In this document: positions 41,261-48,229 of the stretch, one piece after another | Position numbering within the stretch: the stretch's first letter is position 1 | Layout: every line of letters begins with the position of its first letter | From: Oscillospiraceae bacterium | Lineage (GTDB): Bacteria; Bacillota; Clostridia; Oscillospirales; Ruminococcaceae | Assembly: GCA_018110935.1 (NCBI GenBank) | Contig: JAGDBX010000090.1 | Coordinates: forward strand, 401-64,400 | Reading direction: 5' to 3' | Length of the DNA: 64,000 nucleotides | The notes under the pieces: model-generated | What the model saw: the letters and a program-made list of their open reading frames with translations, nothing else | Told to the model about the DNA's origin: nothing | Database searches by the model: none | Translations under genes and position numbers: made by a program

Positions 41261-41287
41261 GCCCGCTGCAGGTTATCTGCAGCGGGC
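41261..41287 (+). terminator. Hairpin terminator after pckG
   Basis: An 11-bp perfect stem, gcccgctgcag / ctgcagcgggc, with loop gttat. The T-tail (gcttctgttg) is weak. Confidence 0.6.
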
Positions 41288-41367
41288 GCTTCTGTTGACA
41301 GAAATTGCCGTTTCGCGTTGCATCTGTGCAAAAAATGCGGTTTCATCCAAGAAATGCAGGCAAATTG

Positions 41368-41396
41368 TTGACATCTTTTCATATTTGTGCTAAAAT
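41368..41396 (+). promoter_or_regulatory. SigA-type promoter (TTGACA-17-TGcTAAAAT) for the CpsB-like gene
   Basis: TTGACA at 41368-41373, a 17-nt spacer, and TAAAAT at 41391-41396 preceded by TGc. Confidence 0.6.
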
Positions 41397-41431
41397 GAAA
41401 GCAGTGATACTTTGGGGAGGTGTGCTGGGAT

Positions 41432-42157
41432 ATGAATTATTATGTTGATGTCTATTCAAACCTGCTTCCCGGTGTGCCTTCTGCGGACGGCACAGTGCTG
41501 GATGAGGCGGCAGCGGATGAGCGCCTTGCTGTATTTCAGGAAAGCAACATCAAGACGGCTGTCTGCGCGCCGTATTATCAGCCGGAGTTCTGCGGAACAC
41601 CGGAGCAGTTTCTCGCAAAGCGGGACACATGGATCAATGCTGTCAATGAAGACCGTCAGATGCCGCATCTGGTCGGAGCTGCAGTAATGCCCCTCTCCTA
41701 CTGTCTGCAGCATATGCGTGAGCTTTCCGGATTCGTGATCGGCAGCTCCGATTATCTGCTGGTTGATCTGCCCAAGCAGCCGGTCACAGAGGAATTCTGC
41801 GAGACGCTGACACGGCTGCGGATCGTCAGCGGGCTTTCGCTGATTGCTGTGGATAGTGACCGTTGTTATGATGAATGGTCTCTGGAAGACTGGCTGACGC
41901 TGCGGCAGAACGGCATGCTGCTGCAGATCTCGATCAACGGCCTGCTTGTGCCCGAGCAGCGGCGTCTGTCGCTGTATCTGCTGGCAAATCAGCTGACGCA
42001 CTTTGTCGCTACCGGCGGAAGAGACATCAACGCGCCGCTGCGGTTCACCGAAGCGATGCGGTTTATTCAGCGCAGCCTGCCGGCTGGGATCTACCGCCGT
42101 GTCAAAAACAACGCAGGACTGCTGCTCTCCAATGCGGAGCCTTCGGTATTTGTGTGA
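41432..42157 (+). CDS. CpsB/YwqE-like PHP-fold protein with degenerate metal-binding motifs (predicted catalytically inactive)
   Basis: Start is at MNYYVDVYSNLLPG, with GGGGAGGTG 9 nt upstream. It is colinear with the CpsB/YwqE motifs DIHSHILPG, TPHH, GQEI, VIAHPER and ASDAHN, but here they read DVYSNLLPG, APYY, GAAV, IAVDSDR and ATGGRD. Confidence 0.6.
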   Translation: MNYYVDVYSNLLPGVPSADGTVLDEAAADERLAVFQESNIKTAVCAPYYQPEFCGTPEQFLAKRDTWINAVNEDRQMPHLVGAAVMPLSYCLQHMRELSGFVIGSSDYLLVDLPKQPVTEEFCETLTRLRIVSGLSLIAVDSDRCYDEWSLEDWLTLRQNGMLLQISINGLLVPEQRRLSLYLLANQLTHFVATGGRDINAPLRFTEAMRFIQRSLPAGIYRRVKNNAGLLLSNAEPSVFV

Positions 42158-42250
42158 AACAGCTGTTATTCCGAAGGGACTGTGTCCCTTTGGCGGTTAT
42201 GGGAACAGCCCGGTATTCATCAATACGCCGTGATTCATTTCTCAAACAAC

Positions 42251-42279
42251 AAAGCCCCTGCCTGACGGCAGAGGCTTTC
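42251..42279. terminator. Bidirectional terminator between the CpsB-like gene and the convergent aminotransferase gene
   Basis: Stem aaagcccctgcc / ggcagaggcttt has 1 mismatch and loop tgac. T-rich tails are present on both strands. Confidence 0.7.
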
Positions 42280-42289
42280 GTTTTCTGTT

Positions 42290-43498
42290 TTATTTGCCGT
42301 AAGCTTCCGCGAGCTTTTTGAAAGCAGGCAGGCTGCGCTCGATCATTTCAGTTGTCACACAGTAAGCGATGCGGACAAAGCCCTCACAGCCGAATGAATC
42401 TGACGGCACGATGAGCAGCTCATAATCGCGTGCCTTTTGGCAAAAGGCGTTTGCGTCAGGCTCCAGCGCCTGCACCCAGAGATAGAACGCACCGTCCGGA
42501 TAAATGCAGCGATACCCGTATTCGGTGAGTGCTTTATAGAGCAGGTCACGGTTTCTGCGGTAAACAGACAGATCGCCGGTTCTGCCGAGGTTATCGGCAA
42601 CCACGCGCTGTGCCATGCTCGGCGCGCAGACAAAGCCGAGCGCTCTGCCGGAACCGCAGACAGCGGCATATACGAGCTTGCTGTCTTTCATCTTCGGGGA
42701 AACGACAATATAGCCGATACGCTCACCCGGCAGCGAAAGCGATTTGCTGAACGAATAGCAGACAAAAGTATCATCATAGAGATTCGGCAGATAGGGCACA
42801 ACCGTGTCTGCGTCATAGACCAGCTCACGGTAGGGCTCGTCAGCAATCAGATAGATCGGATGTCCGTACTCCGCCTCTTTGGCGCGCAGAATATCGCAGA
42901 GCTTTCTGAGATTCGCCTCGGTAAAGACCACACCTGTCGGGTTGTTCGGGGTATTGATGATGACCGCCTTTGTCTGCGCATTGACCAGCTTTTCAAATGC
43001 GTCCAGATTGAGCTGGAAGCTGTCAAGATCTGCCGGAACAACGGTCAGATCAGCGTTTGCCGCTTCGACAAAGACGCGGTATTCCGGGAAAAAGGGCGCA
43101 AACGCGATGCAGTTGTCTCCGGGGCAGAGCACCGCATGAAGCGTGACGGTCAGTGAGGCGGCCGCACCGCAGGTCATGTATATATTTCCCGCGGAAATGC
43201 CTGCCGAAAACCGCTTGTTGATATCTGCGGCGATTGCGGAGCGTACCGGCTCCGCACCGACCGCCGATGTGTAGCCGTGCAGCAGAACGGAATCGGTTTC
43301 GTCCATCAGCCGGCGCATCGTGTCATGTACGCTATCCGGCGCGGGAACACTCGGATTGCCGAGGCTGAAATCAAAGACGTTTTCTCTGCCGATCTCAGCG
43401 GCACGGCGGTTGCCGTATTCAAATGTCTCGCGGATCACAGACGGTGCCTGCCCGAGCGCAAGCATCGACGCCTGAAAAGGTTGATAATTCTGAGCCAT
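42290..43498 (-). CDS. Class I/II pyridoxal-phosphate-dependent aminotransferase (AspC/AlaT-like)
   Basis: The PLP-Lys motif SFSKSLSLPGERIGY and INTPNNPTG are present. Start is at MAQNYQ, preceded by AAGAGGAAA. Confidence 0.88.
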   Translation of the reverse strand: MAQNYQPFQASMLALGQAPSVIRETFEYGNRRAAEIGRENVFDFSLGNPSVPAPDSVHDTMRRLMDETDSVLLHGYTSAVGAEPVRSAIAADINKRFSAGISAGNIYMTCGAAASLTVTLHAVLCPGDNCIAFAPFFPEYRVFVEAANADLTVVPADLDSFQLNLDAFEKLVNAQTKAVIINTPNNPTGVVFTEANLRKLCDILRAKEAEYGHPIYLIADEPYRELVYDADTVVPYLPNLYDDTFVCYSFSKSLSLPGERIGYIVVSPKMKDSKLVYAAVCGSGRALGFVCAPSMAQRVVADNLGRTGDLSVYRRNRDLLYKALTEYGYRCIYPDGAFYLWVQALEPDANAFCQKARDYELLIVPSDSFGCEGFVRIAYCVTTEMIERSLPAFKKLAEAYGK

Positions 43499-43551
43499 GG
43501 GAATTTCCTCTTTTCGTATGAAATATGATATGGATATATCGTCAGAAACAG

Positions 43552-44031
43552 TCAACGCCTGAAAAAGCTCCGGAGGCTGACTTTTTTCATCTCCGGCTGT
43601 TCACTGTCCTGCAGAAGACAGTCTGTGACGCAGTCAAGGGTCTTCAGTTCCTTGACCCACTCATCCGAATCCTGCTGATAGCTGATCATGCGCATGGAGC
43701 GGTTCAGCGCAGACTGCACCGTTTCGACGCCGTTCAGGTCGGTTTCATCCAGGAACAGCAGGACCGTCTGCCGCTCCAGCGCGGACGCCGCCCTGAGCTG
43801 ATTGACGCAGTTTTCATCAGCAAGCCACTGCTTTGAAACAAGGATCAGTGCCGTCCGGCACTGGCTGAGACGCTCAAGGTCTTCTCTGCGCTGCGCGTTG
43901 AAGCCCTTGTCAGCAACCCAGACGCGGAGTTTCTCAGACTGCAGCTGCCGGATGATTCTGGAAGCTGCTGTGCGGTTTTTCGCCGCGGAGCAGACTGCGA
44001 TGAAGTCTGCACTGCCCTGATAGGATTCCAT
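43552..44031 (-). CDS. Small stand-alone TIR-like domain protein
   Basis: 159 aa. DFIAVCS is a betaA-like strand, KLRVWVAD is betaB-like, and ALILVSKQWLADENCVNQL matches the TIR_2 S.W...E.. pattern. RBS AGGAGGA lies 7 nt upstream. The call comes from motif reading only. Confidence 0.55.
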   Translation of the reverse strand: MESYQGSADFIAVCSAAKNRTAASRIIRQLQSEKLRVWVADKGFNAQRREDLERLSQCRTALILVSKQWLADENCVNQLRAASALERQTVLLFLDETDLNGVETVQSALNRSMRMISYQQDSDEWVKELKTLDCVTDCLLQDSEQPEMKKVSLRSFFRR

Positions 44032-44067
44032 ATTCTTATCCTCCTGTTTTCATTTTACTGTATCGCA

Positions 44068-44538
44068 TCAGTCGTTCGAATCTTCCGTAAAATGATCCGG
44101 ACAGCTGACATAGAGATCAATTTTCAGATCGGTACCGGTCTCAAGACAGAAACGCATAACCTGCATAGACGGCGCGAGACTGGGGGACGGTTCATCAAAC
44201 CGAACCATCGGCACAACTTTCAGCGTCATGGAAACACGGTTCATAAGCCGTATTTTCCGGAGCAGATCAGCCTTCGGCACCAGTGCGGCGATCGTCATCT
44301 GCATTTGCTTCGCAGTATCCTTTTCGTATTCGATGCACGAACCGTAACGCCAGATCGCCGTTTCATGCTTTTTGCCGTCACCGCGGCGGTCGCCGATCCG
44401 ACGGATGCGTTCAGGTGCCAGACGCAGCAGTTCGGTGACCTGATCCGGATCAAACACACCGCGGATCTCAAAATATGTCAGACATCCTGTGTGCGGCGTG
44501 TGATAATAGACGCGTTTCGGCTTTCGGTCGTCCTTCAT
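44068..44538 (-). CDS. DUF4279-like protein
   Basis: 156 aa. YFEIRGVFDPDQVTELLRLAP......IW.Y and the C-terminal DLKIDLYV fit my recollection of the DUF4279 profile. The ATG overlaps the stop of the upstream GTPase-NYN gene (ATGA). Confidence 0.5.
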   Translation of the reverse strand: MKDDRKPKRVYYHTPHTGCLTYFEIRGVFDPDQVTELLRLAPERIRRIGDRRGDGKKHETAIWRYGSCIEYEKDTAKQMQMTIAALVPKADLLRKIRLMNRVSMTLKVVPMVRFDEPSPSLAPSMQVMRFCLETGTDLKIDLYVSCPDHFTEDSND

Positions 44539-47102
44539 CTGCTTCCTCCGATCAGAGCGCGGATCTCCGCCTCGGTCTGCCGCATTTCCGCTTCAAATTC
44601 CCTTGCGGAGATGCGGATGGCTCCGCCTTCCAGAATGATGATCTGTTCCAGCCCGTCAGAAGTCGCGACGCGGACACGGTGATCCTTCGCCAGCTGATGT
44701 GTGACGCGCTCGATGTAGGAATCGGCGGTTTCTGCTTCTTTTGTATAAACGACACTGATGTTTTGTTCCCTGATGATCTCTGTCGCGTGCCCTTTGATTT
44801 TGTAGGCGTCAAAGACGAGAATCACCTCGCATTTTCTGAATCCCTGATAATTGGAAAGCAGGTGGATCAGACGGCTGCGTGCAGATTCCAGGCTTTCTGC
44901 TGCAAGCGATTTCAGCGATTCCCACGAAAAAATGATATTATAACCGTCCACAAGCAGATATTCCTTGCCCTTCGGCATCGGCGCAGAGACGGAAACCGAC
45001 GGATCCAGCTCCGTCTTCGGATCACGGCGCATCGCCTTGCGGGTATCGCCGCCGATTTTGCCGTAGGTCCGCTCGTAGATCGCCATCAGCTCATCATCGC
45101 CCGCTGCGGAAAACTGCGGCCGGCGAACCGGTACGGTCTCCTCTTCAAATTCCGTCCGGTGGGTACGAAACGCAGAGGGCAGATGCATATACTGCGGCAC
45201 TTCCGCCCAGTTGACCAGAAAACCGGCACCGTGCGCACAAAACACGGAATCAGCGGAGTTTTCCAGATCACTGTCCGCGTCATAACCGATCTTTTCAATG
45301 ACGGCTTCCGCGTTATGACAGGGACGGTATCCGCCGAACGACAGCGACAGTTCTCCACGGCCTTTCGTATAGCTCAGAATCTCGGCTGCGTAATCATTCA
45401 TTTCCGAAACCGGCGCACTGCCGGTGATGACCGCGTGAATGCCGTCGGAATCCGGCGGCCTGAATTCAGCCGCACGCTGCGGGAGATCGGTCATGGCGAG
45501 TCCGAGTGCCTCTGCGGGAAGCTCCAATGTGAAATCGTAATACGGCTCCAGCAAAACAGACTGCGCGGAACGGAGTCCCTGCCGGACGGCGCGGTAAGTC
45601 GCCTGTCGGAAATCGCCGCCCTCGGTATGCTTGGGATGCGCTTTTCCGCTGACCAGTGTCAGTTTCAGATCCGTGATCGGCGATCCGGTCAGTACGCCGA
45701 GATGCTCTTTTTCCTCCAGATGCGTGAGGATCAGCCGCTGCCAGTTCCGGTCAAGCGCGTCTTCGGAGCAGTGTGTCTCAAACTGCAGACCGCTTCCCGC
45801 AGGCAGCGGTGTCAGGATCAGATGCACCTCCGCGTAATGTCTGAGCGGTTCGTAATGTCCGACTCCTTCCACCGGCTCCGCAATCGTTTCCCGATAAGTC
45901 ACGCTGCCACTGTCAAAGGTGACGGCATAACCGAATCTGTCTTCGATCTGCCTGGTAAGCACTTCAAGCTGCACTTTTCCCATCAGCTGCACATAGAGCG
46001 CACGAAGATGCTCATTCCAGAGCACATGGAGCTGCGGATCCTCGGCTTCCAGCTGCCTGAACTGTGAAAGCGCAGTGACCGGCGAAATGTCAGGCGGGAG
46101 AAGCACCTGATACCGCATGACAGGCGTCAGCTGTGCAGAGGCCGCTTGAGCGGCCGCGCCGATGCCGAGTCCGGCAAAGGCGTCCGAAAGCCCGGTGACC
46201 GCACAGACCGCACCGGTCTCCGCTTCATCCGCGGCAATATATTTCGCACCGGAATAGAACCGGATGCCGGTGATCTTTTCCGTCAGCGTTTCTCCGGCGG
46301 CATTCTGATAGGTCAGTTCAGCACGGTTTCTGAGCGTGCCGCCCAGTACCTTGAGAAAGGTCAGCCGGCTGCCCTTGGCGTCCACGGAGATCTTGAACAC
46401 TCTCGCGCCGAATTCAGGCAGGCGTTCGGTTTCCGCGGCATATTCATCTAAAATCCCGAGCAGAGCGGGAACACCCTTCATATCCCGCGCGGAGCCAAAG
46501 CAGCACGGGAATACTTCACGCTTTCTGACAGCATCGCGGAGCATCTCCGGCGGAATCATTCCGGTGTCAAGATAGGTTTCCATCATCTGCTCGCTGCAGG
46601 CGGCTGCCGCTTCGCACCGAGCGTCTTCATCTGTGTCAAACTGCACACAGCAGGGCGAGAGCTTCGCCTGCAGTTCCTGCATGAGTGCGGTTTCGTTTTT
46701 TTCAGCCAGATCCATTTTGTTGATAAACAGGATCACAGGAATCCGGTAACGGGCCAGAAGCCGCCAGAGCGTTCTGGTATGGCTCTGCACGCCGTCCGTT
46801 CCGCTGATGACGAGCACGGCGCAGTCAAGCACCTGCATGGTGCGTTCGGTTTCTGCGGAGAAATCCACATGGCCGGGCGTATCCAGCAGCGTGACGAGCC
46901 GTTCTCCGAGCGGGAAAGACGCCTGATGAGCAAAGATCGTGATGCCGCGGCTGCGTTCAATGGCGTCCGTGTCAAGCCATGAATCGCCGTGATCGACTCT
47001 GCCGCGTTTCCGGATCTCCCCGGTATGAAAGAGGAGCGCTTCCGCTAAAGTTGTTTTGCCGGAATCGACATGCGCCATGATTCCGACGGTCAGCTGCTTC
47101 AT
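44535..47102 (-). CDS. EF-G/TetM-family translational GTPase fused to a C-terminal YacP/Rae1-type NYN ribonuclease domain
   Basis: Start is at MKQLTVGIMAHVDSGKTT, with GGAGGAGG 8 nt upstream. G motifs are AHVDSGKT, RGITI, DTPGH and NKMD. About 650 aa are colinear with TetM/EF-G. The last roughly 142 aa (44538-44963) read EYLLVDGYNIIFSW..VFDAYK..ETADSYIE..VATSDGLEQ, which is the YacP NYN pattern. Confidence 0.8.
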   Translation of the reverse strand: MKQLTVGIMAHVDSGKTTLAEALLFHTGEIRKRGRVDHGDSWLDTDAIERSRGITIFAHQASFPLGERLVTLLDTPGHVDFSAETERTMQVLDCAVLVISGTDGVQSHTRTLWRLLARYRIPVILFINKMDLAEKNETALMQELQAKLSPCCVQFDTDEDARCEAAAACSEQMMETYLDTGMIPPEMLRDAVRKREVFPCCFGSARDMKGVPALLGILDEYAAETERLPEFGARVFKISVDAKGSRLTFLKVLGGTLRNRAELTYQNAAGETLTEKITGIRFYSGAKYIAADEAETGAVCAVTGLSDAFAGLGIGAAAQAASAQLTPVMRYQVLLPPDISPVTALSQFRQLEAEDPQLHVLWNEHLRALYVQLMGKVQLEVLTRQIEDRFGYAVTFDSGSVTYRETIAEPVEGVGHYEPLRHYAEVHLILTPLPAGSGLQFETHCSEDALDRNWQRLILTHLEEKEHLGVLTGSPITDLKLTLVSGKAHPKHTEGGDFRQATYRAVRQGLRSAQSVLLEPYYDFTLELPAEALGLAMTDLPQRAAEFRPPDSDGIHAVITGSAPVSEMNDYAAEILSYTKGRGELSLSFGGYRPCHNAEAVIEKIGYDADSDLENSADSVFCAHGAGFLVNWAEVPQYMHLPSAFRTHRTEFEEETVPVRRPQFSAAGDDELMAIYERTYGKIGGDTRKAMRRDPKTELDPSVSVSAPMPKGKEYLLVDGYNIIFSWESLKSLAAESLESARSRLIHLLSNYQGFRKCEVILVFDAYKIKGHATEIIREQNISVVYTKEAETADSYIERVTHQLAKDHRVRVATSDGLEQIIILEGGAIRISAREFEAEMRQTEAEIRALIGGSR

Positions 47103-47133
47103 GCGTGTTTCCTCCTCCAGTTCAATTATTATG

Positions 47134-47162
47134 ATTATAGCACATTTTGAAAATAATTTCAA
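47134..47162 (-). promoter_or_regulatory. SigA-type promoter of the GTPase-NYN / DUF4279 / TIR unit (TTGAAA-17-TGcTATAAT)
   Basis: Reverse complement reads TTGAAA (47162-47157), a 17-nt spacer, then TATAAT (47139-47134) preceded by TGc. It sits about 30 nt upstream of the ATG at 47102. Confidence 0.65.
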
Positions 47163-47248
47163 CCCGTGATTTGCGAGAGTGTATCTGCCTGATTCGGTTA
47201 TCCCCATGTTTCTCTGCATTCTCTCCTCCCGAAAGAACGCTTTGACAG

Positions 47249-47290
47249 AAAAAGCGCCCCCGCAGGTTCAATCTTTACCTGCAGGGGCGC
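47249..47290 (-). terminator. Rho-independent terminator of the arg operon (after argF)
   Basis: A 13-bp stem, gcgcccctgcagg / cctgcgggggcgc (1 mismatch), followed by TTTTT on the minus strand. It lies 14 nt after the argF stop. Confidence 0.8.
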
Positions 47291-47303
47291 TGCGTTTTGC
47301 TGT

Positions 47304-48206
47304 TCAGCCCATGACCTTGACCATGACGGCCTTCTGCGCGTGCAGACGGTTCTCCGCCTCGTCAAAGATCTCGTTTGCGTGCGACTCAAAGACCTTTTCG
47401 GTGATCTCTTCGCCGCGGTGCGCGGGCAGACAGTGCTGCACCATGCATTCAGAGTGTGCAGCTGCCATCACCTCATCGTTGACCTGATAGCCCTTGAAGG
47501 CAATACGGCGCTTTTCGGCCTCGCCCTCCTGTCCCATAGAAGCCCAGACATCCGTAAAGATGACATCGGCGTTCTCAGCTGCAAGCAAGGGGCTGTCGGT
47601 CATCGTGAATTTGCCGCTTGCGTTCGCGAACTGAAGCACCTGTGCATCCGGCTGATAATCTGCCGGGCAGGCAACGGAAACCTGCATGCCGACCTTCAGA
47701 CCGCCGACGATCAGCGAATTCGCCATGTTATTGCCGTCACCGATATAGCACATCTTCAGGCCGTCAAAGCTGCCCTTGTACTCACGGATCGTCATCAGAT
47801 CGGCAAGCACCTGACACGGATGGCAGAAGTCAGTCAGGCCGTTGATAATCGGAATGCTGCCGAACTTTGCAAGATCCTCGACCTCCTGCTGGGCAAAGGT
47901 GCGGATCATGATGCCGTCCAGATAACGCGACAGAACGCGGGCGGTATCCTGAACAGGCTCTCCCCTGCCGATCTGAAGATCATGCGAGGAGAGGAACAGC
48001 GGATAGCCGCCAAGCTGCACCATACCGGTCTCAAAGGAAACGCGGGTGCGCGTTGAGGCCTTCTGGAAGATCATGCCGAGCGTCTTTCCGGCAAGATGCG
48101 GATGCGGAATGTTGTGGCTGCGCTCATACTTGAGCTGATCTGCAAGGTTCAGCAGATCGATGATCTCCTCCGCGGAGAGATCCAGCATTTTCAGAAGATG
48201 CTTCAT
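47304..48206 (-). CDS. argF: Ornithine carbamoyltransferase
   Basis: Motifs STRTRVSFE (carbamoyl-phosphate), HPCQ and HCLPA are present. Confidence 0.95.
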   Translation of the reverse strand: MKHLLKMLDLSAEEIIDLLNLADQLKYERSHNIPHPHLAGKTLGMIFQKASTRTRVSFETGMVQLGGYPLFLSSHDLQIGRGEPVQDTARVLSRYLDGIMIRTFAQQEVEDLAKFGSIPIINGLTDFCHPCQVLADLMTIREYKGSFDGLKMCYIGDGNNMANSLIVGGLKVGMQVSVACPADYQPDAQVLQFANASGKFTMTDSPLLAAENADVIFTDVWASMGQEGEAEKRRIAFKGYQVNDEVMAAAHSECMVQHCLPAHRGEEITEKVFESHANEIFDEAENRLHAQKAVMVKVMG

Positions 48207-48229
48207 ATCGTTCGTCCTTTCTGTTATTA

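Noticed and set aside
43552-47162. Calling the GTPase-NYN/DUF4279/TIR unit a Thoeris system
   Set aside because: There is no ThsA-type partner (SIR2, SLOG or Macro). The architecture does not match Thoeris types I know, so it is reported only as an unclassified candidate.
47103-47219. N-terminal 39-codon extension of the GTPase-NYN ORF (MQRNMGITES...)
   Set aside because: The predicted promoter's -10 (47134-47139) lies inside this extension. The ATG at 47102 has a strong RBS and gives the canonical distance to the G1 motif.
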